DNA from: the human T2T-CHM13v2.0 reference genome, Homo sapiens
Assembly: GCF_009914755.1 (NCBI RefSeq)
Contig: NC_060932.1
DNA length: 64,000 nucleotides
Strand: one strand, 5' to 3'
Shown: piece by piece, positions 42,830-55,941 of the stretch
Position numbering within the stretch: position 1 is the first letter of the stretch
Layout: each line of letters starts with the position of its first letter
Program-made: the position numbers and the translations under genes
The notes under the pieces: generated by a model
Seen by the model: the letters and a program-made list of their open reading frames with translations, nothing else
Database searches by the model: none
What the model was told of the DNA's origin: nothing

Positions 42830-44480
42830 GGACATGTATTGTGTCAAAAATAGTCCTAGGTGCTAACAAAATATCACTGAGTAAAACAAACAAAATCTCC
42901 TTCCCTCATAGTTTACATTCTGTAAAAATAAGTAAAATGAATAGTTTTTTGTTGTTGTTTTTGTCTTTTTTTGTTTTTTACAGACAGGGTCTTACGCAGT
43001 TGCCCAGGCTAGAGTATAGTGGCACAATCATAGTTCACTTGGCTTCAAACACCTGGGCTCAAGTGTTTTTCCTGCCTCAGCCTCCTGAGAAGCTAGGATA
43101 TAGATGTGAATCACCATGCCCAGCTAATTAAAAAAAATTGTAGATCTAGGTTCTTGCTAGGTTGCCCAGGCTGGTCTCGATATCCTGGTCTTAAGTGATT
43201 TTCCTACCTTGGCCTCCCAAATTGCTGGTATTATGGGCATGAGCCACTGCATCTGACCAAAATGAATGGTTTTTAGATGATGATAAGTGCTATGGAGAAA
43301 ATAAAGCAGAAAAGATGATTTGGGACCATTGGGTGGGGGAACAACTTTAAATAAACTAATTAGGGTAGGGCTCACTCAGAATATGACATTGGTGTGAGAT
43401 CATATGGAGATGTAAGAGCAGAGTGTTCAGGCAGAATGATCAGGCCCTGCGGCAAAATCATGCCTGATGTTTAAACAAGAATGGGCAGGAAAATGAGCTA
43501 AAGCAAGATGAATAAAACGGAGAATTGCAGGAGATGAGGCCAGAAAATGACAAAAGCCAGATAGTGTGAGATCACCTGGGTCATTTTAAGGACTTAGATG
43601 TTTACCCTGCATGACAGAGGGAGGCATTGCAGAGATAAAACAGAGGAGTAACATGAACTGGTTTATGTTTAATAGGATCACTCTGAATGATGTGCTGAGA
43701 ATAGACTGTATGGGGTGAAAGTGGAAGGGGGAGCACAGGTGGCAAATGAGAAAGCTGCTGCAATAACCCATGAGATAGAAGCTGGTGGCTTTGATCTCAG
43801 TGGTAGTTGTTGTGGAGCTTCTGAAAAGTGGTCAACAAATCTATTATTTTGCAGGTAGAACTAACAGATTTTGCTGATAGATTAAAAATGTGGGAGAGAA
43901 GAGGGAGAGAAAGAAACAGAGATAATAAAGGAGAGAAGGAGAGAGAACATGAATGGAAATGAATTCCAAGCAACTGGAAAGATGGAGTTGACATGACCTG
44001 AAATGAGGAAGACTGCAGGAAGAGCAAGTTTGCAGTAAATATAAAATGCTTAGTTAAGGGCATGCTAAGTTGATGATGACTGTAGACATTCAGGTGGAGA
44101 TGTGATTGGATACAAGTCTACAACTGAGGAAAGTTACATGAGGGAGATATAAATTTGCCAGTTATATGTACACATTGTATTTAAAGCCTTGGAATTGCAT
44201 AAAGTCACTAAGGATTTAGTATAGATAAAATAAAGGTTCAAGTAACCAACTCTAGGACCCTCCAATGCTTTGGGGTTAAAGAGATTAGGGGAAAATGGCA
44301 CATGCGATAGAAAGCAAGCAGCTAATTAGAGGCAGGAGAAAAGCCAGGAGGATTCAGTGCTCTGGAAGCCCAATGAAAAAACTACTTCAAGGAAAAAAAG
44401 ACATTATGTCCAATGTTACTGAAAGGTTAAGTTGAGACTTGAGAATGTTTCATTATATTTGGTTATGTTGAGCTTATTGG
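42830..44480 (-). mobile_element. L2 (L2a-like), interrupted by an Alu
   Basis: GATAAGTGCTATGGAGAAAATAAAGCAG, AGGATCACTCTG, CAGATTTTGCTGATAGATT and GACATTCAGGTGGAGATGT motifs. Confidence 0.8.
42950..43258 (-). mobile_element. Alu, AluJ-like
   Basis: Antisense dimer: AGACAGGGTCTT...CCTGGGCTCAAG...GAGCCACTGCATCTGACC. Confidence 0.9.
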
Positions 44481-44649
44481 TAGCTGAAAGACTTGGCAAG
44501 TTCTGATTACATAAATGTAGTCATCATTTTCCTATGGCATATCTGCCTGGGGATAAAATATGGTTCTGTTAATAATTTCAATAATAAAAGTCTCAGGCTT
44601 CTGGTGGTTTAAAAATCTGATGACCAATGTTTTGGTACACTCACCTTCA

Positions 44650-46821
44650 GAAGGGGGAGATTAATATTTTTCCTTTTGAGTGGGAGCTGGCCTTCATAAC
44701 TTTCTCCTGTCACGTGACCAAAGTGAAAGCATGTGAAGTCCAATGGGACATAAAAAAAATTGTAGCTTTCTCCTGGACTTGACTGCAATCTCATGAGAAA
44801 GACATCAGAACTATCTAGATAAGCCACTCCCAAATTTATGACCCACAGAAACAGAGAATAAATCTTTATTGTTTTGAGACACCCAGTTTTGGGATAACTT
44901 GTTATTGTAGAAATAGATAACTAATACAGATTTGGGTGCCTGGAAGTGGGGTGCTGTCATAGCACATATCTAAAAATGTGGATTAACTTTGAGACTAACT
45001 AATGTGCAGGAGCTAGAAAGAATTTGAGAAGAGTGAAAGCTAATGTACCCTGACCAGGCTATTAGTAGAAGTCCGGACTTTTGAGAAGACTGTCAACAAG
45101 TCTCCAAGGAAAGTGAGAAATTTCTTCTTGGAAACTGGAGGAAAGGGGCCCTTGTTATACGGTGGCAGACACATTAGCAATATTGACACCTGCAATAATA
45201 TGGAACGTATAAAATGTATCTAATAAACTAAATGGACTAGCTAAGGACATTTCTACACAGAATGTTGATTTTGCTGCTTAATTTCTTCTTTCTGCTTATA
45301 GTAAAATTTGAGAGGAGAGAGATGTTATAGAAAGTCCACTAAGTAAAAAGAAGCCAATGTCTCTGGTTTTAAAAATTCTTAGCCTCTAAAGGAGGCAAAA
45401 GATGTTAAAATTAGGAAACAGCTTCAGGGAAAATATCAAATCAAGGGCTCCACCAGGTCTAACAATGATGATAAAGGTGCAGCCATAAAATCTCTTATTA
45501 AGACATCAGAAAGATCAATGGAAATGCCTCAGAATGTCATTTTGTCAGGGAAAAAAGGCCTTTAAAAGATTTGAATGTCTCAGAACTCCCCTCAATCAAA
45601 CATTATGGCTTCTAAGAAGCTTAAATATACTGTCCTTCAGCAAAAGTCTTAGATAGAGAAGGGCTTATCTTGTTTTGTAGATGTAGCTTTCTCTAATGAA
45701 TTGGAGCCTAATAATATTCACAGGAGACCCACATGTTTTTAAAAGAATTTTATCAGCAGAAACACTGCCAGCTTGAACAGAAGGGGGTAGAAACAGCACT
45801 AAATAAATGGACTCCCCAAATTCTACTGACAGGAAGTAGGCTCAGAAAACTACTCAGCTACAAACACGATACCTTCCGTGAAAAAGAAAGGAAGACTCAG
45901 AAAGCAGAAAGGAGAGTGGAACCAAGAGCCATAGATAATTATTCCCTGTCCTTTTGTATTCCACTCAAGAAACAACTCATCCCAGATTTGATGTCAGAAT
46001 TGGTATAAACCAGTGACTCCTGTTTATTTTCCATGTTCACTTATTTGAACAGGAGTGCCTACAGCAGTTATCTTGTGCCTATCCCACCACTGAAAATAGA
46101 GTATGGGGAGGGAGCGAGAACTTTTCTCTTTAGTTCACTGGTCTTCAGATCAAGAGAAAATACATCTGAGAAGCTTTGTTCACACCTCAATCTCATTTAC
46201 ATAACCACATCTGGGATTTCAAGCTATTAGTGTATTGAGATTCTTGTGGGGGGTGGTATGAATATATTTCGCATGTGGGAGAAATATAAATAAGATGTAG
46301 TCAGAGTATGAATAGTGAATTTTCAATATGTCTATGGCTTTCTTTGCTACTGCTCTCTTTAGGAAATAGAGTTTAATACTCCTCCCTTGAATGTGAACTG
46401 AACTTTGTGACTCATTTCTAATAAATAGAGTATAGTGGAAGTGACAGGGTGTGACTTCAGAGACGAGAATATAAAAGGCATTGTAGCTTCCTCTTTTTTC
46501 TCACTTGGATCATTTGCCTGGGGAAAGCCAATTGCCGTATCATAGGAGCACTCAAGCAGCTCTATGGAGAGGCATAGGATGTAGTGATGACTGAGGCCTC
46601 CAGCCAAACACCACTGAGTCTGGAAGCAGATCATCCAGCTCTAGTCAAGGCTTCAGGTGGCTGAAGCCTCAACTGACACTTTATTGCCACTTCATGAGAA
46701 ACACTGAGCCAGAAACCACTAAAATTCATGATCTGCAGAAACGATGGGATGATAAATGTTTGTTGTTTTACGTTACAAAGTTTTGGGGCAAATTATTGTG
46801 CAGCAAGACATAATCAATACA
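44650..46821 (+). mobile_element. MaLR MLT1E/F-like element: partial 5' LTR, internal region (~44930-46300) and 3' LTR
   Basis: LTR end AATAGATAACTAATACA is followed by MLT-int start GATTTGGGTGCCTGGAAGTGGGGTGCTG. A second LTR ends CAGCAAGACATAATCAATACA. Confidence 0.78.
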
Positions 46822-48374
46822 AGGTTCCTCACCCTCCTTAAGAACCACTGGAACCCTAGCCCCTAAATTTTCCTTTCTGGTTTAAGAGACTAGTGGGAGG
46901 GGTGTGTGCCTGTGTGGGAGGGGACTGAGGCACAATCCAGGGATCCTGAATAACATTATCCCTCATGCTTCCATCTGGCCTTCCTCTTGTGGTCATGGGA
47001 GGCTTCATTCTCTGCCATCATCTGCCACTGGCATAGCGATATTCTTTTATCTTGTGCCAATACTCATCCCGCTGAGCTGGAGAAAGGCTACTCCTCCTCC
47101 AGAATGTGCTGCATTCTGTTATTAAAGTCACAGAAGAGAACACTTTTTTTTTTTACATATTTATTTTCCAGCCAGGCCTCTAAGATTGACACCTTTTTAT
47201 TTGCCTGCTTTAGGTTTAAGCCCCTTCTTTCCTAGGAAGCTGACATACTTAGTTCCCGAAAAGCAAGGCTAGGTGGAGGGCAATCTGAGAGACAACACAC
47301 CCTGAAGCACTCAGCATCCTCTCTGCTCTCTGCCTGCCAGCCACTGTTCATATCAGGGGTCTGCATATCCCCTCCTTCCATGTAATCCATCTTATCTCCA
47401 AGCTTAATGCCTGTATGGTTAAAACAAGGATGGTAAAGATCGTTTTTTAAAGTTTAAGAACTTAAGACATAGATGTTATTTGAGTGATATGATATAAAAT
47501 ATCTTACTACATATTTTCTTCATAGGGTAAAGTTTACCATTGTCATGAAGTTATTTATAATGATATCTAATGTTGTTTCTTGATGTAAAATGTCCTCAAG
47601 GGACCAATGGGAAAATAGTCACTCAGGGTTTCATGGATATCTCTGTGATACAACACCAAGCAATATGATCAAAATGACAACCCTTTAATTCTCCTGGGAA
47701 AAATGAACAAAAGTGACTTCTTACACAAATGTTGACAAACTTTGGGGCATTTGACTTTGCCATCATTACTGCCAAGGGTTATGCTATGGGTCAAAATTCA
47801 GCCACAATCATCTATAGGGGCTGCCCAGGGGTCTGTGAGCCGGCTTGGCATGAGAAGCCTACTCACATGGATGGTCTACACTGCATAAACTTTCTAAGGC
47901 AGGATCTCGTTTTACCAGTTAATTGTGAGACACAGTAAGGTAAGAGAATGCTAGAGAAAGGCATAGATTCAGAAACAGAGTCAAAAGAACAGTGGATTAT
48001 GCAGAAGAACCCTTGGCACCTGCAGAGTAGAAGCAGAGCAGGGAGTAGAGTTAAGGGAAAGATGGACAGTGAGAGCTCTGTGGAGAGATGGGCTTCACCC
48101 TGTCTGCAAGTGTCAATTCTCTATGAGGCTTTATGGCACTATGGATGAGACTGATTTCCCATTTTTCTTACTTCTCACATGGCTTTACATTTAAAATTCT
48201 ATCATTAGAAATAACCTGGGCATTTGGTTATTTTAGATGATGCGAATTGAGCACCAGTCAGCTCTTTCTTAGGGCCACCCATTAGCCTCATTGTGTCCAG
48301 TTTGTCTTCCATGTGCCTCCCCAGGTCCTCATAAAAATGACCCCTGGCTGGCCAGTCCTCTACCTCTATATCCA

Positions 48375-48625
48375 ACTAGTAACAGTGAATGCCATTTATT
48401 GAGTGGGGCACTGTTTCTACCATATGTCATCCCCAATCCTTACATTGACCCAATAGTTTCCTTACTGAATCAACACATATTTATTTTAGGATTTAGGATC
48501 CCCAGTTTTAAAATGAGGAAACTGAAGCTCAAAAAGACCTTGGACTGGCCCAAGGTCACAGAGTTAATAAATGCCAGAGCTGGGATTCAAACTAAGAACT
48601 ATCTGGCTCCAGTGATCCATCATTA
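48375..48625 (-). mobile_element. MIR
   Basis: ATGAGGAAACTGAAGCTC...CCCAAGGTCACAGAGTTAATAAATGCCAGAGCTGGGATTCAAAC. Confidence 0.85.
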
Positions 48626-48659
48626 AACCAATACTTTCCAAACCTGGCTCCAGATGAGA

Positions 48660-48930
48660 GTTGATTCATTCAGCTAGTAAATATTGAACAACCAATAGCA
48701 GTCACTGATCTAGGCACTAAGGATTCAGCAGTGAAGAAAACAGATAAAAATCCCTGTCTTCTTGGAGCCTATAACCTAAAAGTTGGAGAAAACAAATAAA
48801 ATTGTTAGCTGAGGGCCCTAAAAACAAAGATTTCTAGGTGTTAGTCCCAAAGATAGTGCTTTTGCAGGTCAGGTGGTTGGGCTATGAAAACTACATTTTT
48901 AACAAGAATTCCAGCTGACATTTTGATACT
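48660..48930. mobile_element. L2 3' end (minus strand) followed by a MER5-like fragment
   Basis: ATTCATTCAGC...CTAGGCACTAAGGATTCAGCAGTGAAGAAAACAGA, then CTACATTTTTAACAAG...CCAGCTGA. Confidence 0.6.
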
Positions 48931-49160
48931 TAGTCTTGGTTTGACTCTCCTGATCTTAAGAAAGCTGATACCTGAAAATGTTTAAATTCATTGTGGGTAT
49001 GCCATTTAGGTCCTAGTATACTTGAATGCTCCTTACATAGTGTTTTCTTTAAATTAAATTTCAAGAGAAATAGTAAGATTCTCTTAAAATTACAGATTAA
49101 CCCTGGGTAAGGCAATGCATACTGATCATTTATAGGGATCCTGCACAAGCACACATTTCT

Positions 49161-49929
49161 TTTTTTAATATTTTATATTTTTTTATTTTATTATTATTAT
49201 ACTTTAAGTTTTAGGGTACATGTGCACAATGTGCAGGTTAGTTACATATGTATACATGTGCCATGCTGGTGTGCTGCATCCATTAACACGTCATTTACAT
49301 TAGGTATATCTCCTAATGCTATCCCTCCCCCCTCCCCCCACCCCACAACAGTCCCCAGAGTGTGATGTTCCCCTTCCTGTGTCCATGTGTTCTCATTGTT
49401 CAATTCCCACCTATGAGTGAGAACATGTGGTGTTTGGTTTTTTGTCCTTGCGATAGTTTACTGAGAATGATGATTTCCAATTTCATCCATGTCCCTACAA
49501 AGGACATGAACTCATCATTTTTTATGGCTGCATAATATTCCATGGTGTATATGTGCCACATTTTCTTAATCTAGTCTATCATTGTTGGACATTTGGGTTG
49601 GTTCCAAGTCTTTGCTATTGTGAATAGTGTCGCAATAAACATATGTGTGCATGTGTCTTTATAGCAGCATGATTTATAGTCTTTTGGGTATATACCCAGT
49701 AATGGGATGGCTGGGTCAAATGGTATTTCTAGTTCTAGATCCCTGAGGAATCACCACACTGACTTCCACCATGGTTGAACTAGTTTACAGTCCCACCAAC
49801 AGTGCAAAAGTGTTCCTATTTCTCTACATCCTCTCCAGCACCTGTTGTTTCCTGACTTTTTAATGATCGACATTCTAACTGGTGTGAGATGGTATCTCAT
49901 TGTGGTTTTGATTTGCATTTCTCTGATGG
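49161..49929 (-). mobile_element. 5'-truncated younger LINE-1 (L1PA3/4-like)
   Basis: TATACTTTAAGTTTTAGGGTACATGTGCACAATGTGCAGGTTAG 3' end with a perfect 16-bp TSD ACAAGCACACATTTCT (49145-49160 / 49930-49945). Confidence 0.95.
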
Positions 49930-50576
49930 ACAAGCACACATTTCTAAACATCAGATTAGTATTGGAGAGAGACTTAAAAGAGCCTTATACACTTACTAGC
50001 AAGAAAAGCACTAATTTTAAAGGAATAATCACAAGGTTTTCATAAAGGGATCTCTACTGGCTTGTTATCACTTTGAAATTTTGACTTTATAGGCACAATA
50101 CATAAGAAGAAATAATGAGATTTGGAGGCCTGATCTTGGAAACACTAAATTTTTAGGTAGGGCATGGGGTGAGAGAAGACGGGCTTGAATCTAGCGATGA
50201 GGGTGGAAGGCAAGGAGTGGGGACAAGGGAGGTGAGAAGGACAAGTCGGAACATCTGTGAGAGGCCATTGGGTGCTGATACATGCTTTGACTTACTATGG
50301 GAAGTGATATGAAGTTATTTCATCCCAAACTGGGAAGGAGGAATCAGGCAATTAGAGCACATGGCTGCTCTGGGAAGAGGAATAGCAACTATCAAGTTAA
50401 TTCATTTGCTCAGGGAATAAAGGACCCTGGTGAGTCACTGGTTCTAAGGAGGGTTTGCTTTGTTGTAAACAGGTAATTTCAAGGTCCAGAGCTGAAGACA
50501 TGAGCCTTTGGGAGTAACCCTACTCTTCCTCTGATATTGTTCCCTGCATTTCCTGGATCTCCAGCCTTCTCTGATA

Positions 50577-50613
50577 TTAGGTTGGTAAAAAAGCAATTGT
50601 GGTTTTTGCCATT
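50577..50613 (+). mobile_element. Half MADE1 (single Hsmar1-type terminal inverted repeat)
   Basis: TTAGGTTGGTAAAAAAGCAATTGTGGTTTTTGCCATT matches the remembered TIR TTAGGTTGGTGCAAAAGTAATTGCGGTTTTTGCCATT. Confidence 0.8.
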
Positions 50614-51574
50614 GTAGAAGGTGTCATAGAAATGTGCTTGGCCTGTTCTAAGTGTGACCTGTCTTTGAAGTGCAACAGTGGGATGCTCAAATTGGGCCAG
50701 TGCCGTAGAAAAAATATTCTCAAACCCTGATACTAAAAGACTGCATTTGCCATTGTTTTTCTCTCCTTCAGCCAGGACTTAGAGTATATGTTGAATAACA
50801 ACTATGCAAGAAATTACCAGCATGAGTCAGCCTTATTACAGATGAACAGTTCATCGCTAATGTATTTAACTGAAGTTCTTCTTGTTCTAATGAATTAACT
50901 GCACTTAAATGGCCTGCAGCTGAGAACTTGTTTGGGGAAAATGGCTTGGCTGCAAATCCCATCTGTAATCACCCCTCTAAAACAGTTAATACTTGTGCAA
51001 TATTTAAATCAGGGATACTTTCCAATTCCATTATCAGAACATCTTAAAGGAATGTAAACAATTTGTGATTTTTTTTTTAATATGGCAATACACAATGCAT
51101 GCAGATGACCATTAGGGATTAATAAAAATAAATGTAAAAGGCCTCTGTGATTGGGATCTCTTTTCCCCTTTAGACTGCAACTGCAGTATTTCTGTGCAGC
51201 CTAATTACTTTGCCTGAGAAAATTCCAGCTGATTACTCTATCTACAAGGCACAAAATCACATTGTAGATCAGCTCTAAATCTTGTGAAGTCAAACAACTG
51301 TTATTTGATTTATCCACAGTTTGGAGAAAAGAGATACACATGTCTAAAGTGATTCTTTGGAGTTAATATCAGAAGTGCCAGAAGATCATCTAATGTGCAG
51401 TTCATCATGTAGTGATTTGAACAGCATTTGGGAGCCTCATGTCACTTCATTGAAGGAACACCTATAAATAAACACTGCTTAAAGTGTTTTGCCTATGAGC
51501 TAACAATGTCAGTGATGTCTACAGAGAGCTAAACCACTTTAAGAATCCACAGCAACTTCTTTTGGTCGCTGAAC

Positions 51575-51960
51575 ACAGATTACAGTTCTTTCTTGTCATA
51601 TCCTATTTTTAAGAGGGCGCAGCCAGGCTACACTGACCTTGAGCACAAAAAGACTCACTTTCAATGATTCTGGGGTTTTAATAAGATGCAGAAACATAGA
51701 TGCTATTCAAACTTGGCCAAGATCTTAACACGACATTGTACCAGTTTTAACTTCAGTTAAAAAAAAAAAAAGAGTCTGAAGATTGGATGGAGTCCAGAGA
51801 GGAAAACAAGAGTGATAAGTAAAGGGTAGGAAAAGTAATTGTTCCTAGAAAAATATAAAAGGATTGGGACTTTTTATTCTGAGGAAGATGGGAGCTGGAA
51901 AGTTCTTTAAAAATCATCTTCTTTTCCATGACAAAGTATTATAAAGCTAGATTGAAAAGT
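51575..51960 (+). mobile_element. L3/CR1 relic with an internal insert
   Basis: CAGTTCT...TTTTAAGAG, GGAGTCCAGAGAGGAAAACAAGAGTGAT and AAAGGATTGGGACTTTT resemble the CR1 RT 3' region. Confidence 0.5.
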
Positions 51961-51969
51961 TGTATATAG

Positions 51970-52078
51970 AGGTAGTGCATTATATATACAAATACATATA
52001 ATCTAACATATAAAATTAGATAATATATAGCATATGTTAATATATAGATATTAACATATTTATGTATATATATATTTT
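51970..52078. repeat. AT-rich (TA)n-like low-complexity tract
   Basis: Degenerate TATA/ATAT repeats. Confidence 0.7.
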
Positions 52079-54169
52079 AGAGAGCACAAGGAAGATGTAT
52101 TTTCTGGTTTGAAGTTTTTCATATGCAAAAAAAAGCCACTGAGGGTGATAATGATTCCCTTTTCCCCTTATTGTTCTTTAAAAATCAGTGGTTTCAGAAT
52201 CAGGACTGACAATCACTGGGTTATCTCCACAATTAACTTTTGGTCTTATTTCAGTCTTGGTGCAATTTCCCCTAGACATTTACTCCTGTCTCCTACCAGA
52301 GGCTTACTGACTGTGATAATTTTTTTTTTCTAATCCTGTCTGTGGAAGTATATATATTTTTTCTTCAGATTTTTCATCTACTTAATATATTAGGTGTAAA
52401 ATACTTGATGTAGCTTTATGAAGCATGTTGCTGTGAAATTCTGCATATCTACACTTGTTCAGTCAAACCATACATTTGGGAACACCATTCTCCTTCATTT
52501 TACCTACTGCAAACTAGCAAAAGGAATATCTTTAACTTGCTGGTCCACTGAGTTTCCTTTCTGACTTCTCTTGCCATGGAGATAGATACACAGGCTGTAA
52601 AAGTATTAGTGATTAATTCTGCCTATGCTACATAATTGAATTCTCACCTAGGTAAAGGTCTTTTGACAACACCATTATATAATGTAATTAGTCAAATAGC
52701 TTTTATAAACTGGGAAGGGAAGAGATTAATTTCTCTTTGAATGAAATATGTGTCGAGATCATTATGAATAAAGGGCATCTATCTATCTATCTATCTGCCT
52801 GTCTGGGGAAGATATGTATATTTGTTGAATTAATGAACTGTTTTGAAAATAGTGTTTTTGAAACACAAATTACCCTCAAATCACATATACTGGTAGAAGT
52901 TCATTTTGGCTATTATGCTGATTTCTGCCTTTTCTCAGAGGGTCACCAGAGTGTTTTGAGTTCAATAAAGACATTTGTTTTTCATCTTGAATGGGTAATC
53001 AACTCCACCTTCGCTCTTCCCATAACCATGAGGCAAAATAGTCAAGGATATTTGCCTACCAATGAAAAATCACTCAATAGCAGTAGCTCAAGTATGATTC
53101 CATAAATAATAAATCAAAGGCTCCCACTATATCAACCCCTTTTGTACCCTATTGAATCATTGCACACTTTAAACTCTTCTGTGGTGTGTTTAACAAATCT
53201 TTAATCATGTCCCAAAGTATTACTCATAATTTAGTCTGAAACACTTAGCAGTTTCATAAAGTTTTGCATTCTGACTCCAAAGAGAACTCTGAGAACAAAA
53301 CTGAAATGTAAAATGTGTTTTCTGTAAGTGGAAGCGATATGTATTCATAGATTACTAAACGTTTTTATACTTCTTTCCATTTAATAGTTAAGGCTTTCTT
53401 CCCTGCTCTTGGCTATTAATTTTTGTGGTAGCCAACAGATACTAAGCCCCTTCCTGCTCACTTATAATGAAGTCTATAGATAAGAAAGAAGAAAATAGAA
53501 GATACTTGTATATGGACCTATCTGGTGTCCTCGAGTGTTTGAGTGTTCCCGTTAATAACTTTGTAGGTGTAGAATTCAGACTATTAAGAACATGGCACTG
53601 CCATGACTGGCTGGCTATGCAAGCTCTCCCATAGTAGTTGCAAAGACAACTATTCTAGGAAGTAGGGTAAATATCACTAGCCATCAAGAAATCATGTGTG
53701 TCTATTAAAGCAGCTGCTCAGTTGATTATCTCTTCTCTTTCCTTTATCTCTGTTTCCCTTGCTCCCAACTTCTATTCCATTCTCAGTCTTAGCAATTCAG
53801 CAAACTTCACATCTTCTTTTACCTCTCTCCTAGCCCAGCATCCTTTCCTAAGGTGTTGATTGTCAGCAGATCCAGCCCCTCAGACTGGAAGCACTTGTTC
53901 CTTTTGTTTCTGCTCCATGCAGACAAGTTGACTAAAGAGAAGTAGGAGTGATGAGAATTATGACTGAGATCTGTCCCATTGTTCTATATCCATCTACTGC
54001 ACAGCTTGCTTCTCATGCTTTAATCTACATTCTTAATTTAGAAACCATCTCATATTTGTGTCTGTGAATAAAAGTTGAAGGCAAAAATTTTTTTTGAAAA
54101 CATTTTTAAAAGAATGATAAATAAGATTTCTGAAAACACTTTAGTCTTTAACATCAGGTGGTATATTTA

Positions 54170-54770
54170 ATGTAGTCTATTAGTGCTCCCTTGCTACATA
54201 AAAATTTACATTACTATCTCACAGTTTCCATGGGTCAGGAGTCTGGGTGTGGCTCAGTTGGGTCCTCTGCTCAGGATCTCACAAATCTGCAATCAAGGTG
54301 TCAGCCAGGGATGGGGTCTTATTGTGGTCTGGGGGTGCTCTTCCAAGCTCATGTGGTTGTAGGAGTGGAGCTCTCAGCTCCTATGCCACCCCATAGGAGT
54401 TTTGAAGATTTCCAAATCTCTTGGAAATTTTCAACATGGCTGTTGCTTTCTTAAGGCCAGCAGGATAGTATTTCTTTGACTTTCTTCCATCTCTGACCTT
54501 GATACCCTTTTAGTGGCTCACCAGACAAGGTCAAGCTTACCCAGAATAATCTCCTTATTGATTAACTTAAAGTTAACTGATTAGGGGCCTTGATTACATC
54601 TGCTAAATCTCTCATCTATGTCATGAAATATAACATAATCATTGGAATATGTCTTTTTTGTATATCCTATTGGTAAGAAGCAAGTTACTGATACTATCCA
54701 CATTCAAAGGATGGGTAATTCTACAAAGGTGTGGACCACAGGGGGTCATTTGAGAATTCTGCCAACCACA
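54170..54770 (-). mobile_element. MLT1E-like MaLR LTR
   Basis: CTCACAGTTTCCATGGGTCAGGAGTCTGGG...GGGTCCTCTGCTCAGG...AGAATTCTGCCAACCACA. Confidence 0.8.
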
Positions 54771-54779
54771 GGGAGGAAT

Positions 54780-55920
54780 CAAGAGGTTCAATAATTTTCC
54801 TATTTTTTCCCTGCCATCCTTGCAACAATTGCCCCTTCCCAAAGCACACATAACAATTATTTCTACCCTCCACATCATCAAGAATGACTTCAATATCCAT
54901 TTCCACAAAGACTTCAACATATTATCTTCACATTTCTTTTATTTATCCAACTCTAAAGACTTCCCTTGAATATCAGTCAAGCTGCACCCTTTCCTTGTCT
55001 TAATCCTCATCATCAACTGTACCAAATCAGAAATGTTAAATGCAAATATCCCACTTTCTAACCTCAAACTCTTATCCATCATGTTCTTCATGTCCTCACT
55101 CCAACCACACAGTCAGTACAGACTAAATACAGGGAGTCAAGGGACCTATGACTTCTCCATTGTCTTCCAGATTCTCAGCCACCTCTTGGCTCTCTCACTT
55201 TCCTAACCAGCCTAGACCACCTAGTTCATTACTTCAGTCACTCTCTCATCAACATTCTCAATTACCTTGAGAACCCCAGAATTTCCACTGTACCTCTAAG
55301 GCTGCAAAGCATTGGTGGAGAAATCAACTAAATGTATCCCTTAGAGTCATTACAAACTAATTATAGGCAAGCCTCTTGATTACCTGAAAGTTTTAACTTC
55401 TATTTGTTCTCTCTCCTACTCCCCTCATGGATGCTGTATCTTTGGCATTCTATTCAAATCTCCTACCCAACTCCCATATCCTTTAATTTAAGCAAACATC
55501 CTCTTTTGAGGATGACCGCCATGTCCTCTAAGGTCATTAATTATCCTCTTTATCTTCAATACAGTCAATCTTCCTTCCCTTCTTAATCTTTACCTTCTTC
55601 CTATGAATATTTTATCTGCTACATAAGAATGCAACACCTCATGCCCCATCCTGATCTATTACCATAGCTCTCCTTCAAATCCTCATTAGCACCCACTGAG
55701 TTTGAGGAAATTAACTCCTCACTGGTCTCCAGTATTTGCCACTGCTAGAACACTGCATATAAACTGAAAATATCACTTTGTTGCCACCTAAAGATCTGTA
55801 ATAATTCTCCTTTGCTTATAAAACAAAAAGTACATGATAGCATATAGGGCCCTCCAAATACATCTCTTCTAATACTCTACCTGTCCTATACTCTCACTTT
55901 ATATGCTAATGTTAGTGAAC
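54780..55920 (+). mobile_element. L2 internal relic
   Basis: Pyrimidine-rich L2-like sequence (ATGACTTCAATATCCAT, CCAGCCTAGACC). Confidence 0.5.
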
Positions 55921-55941
55921 CTCACCCTCCAGCTTTAATTC

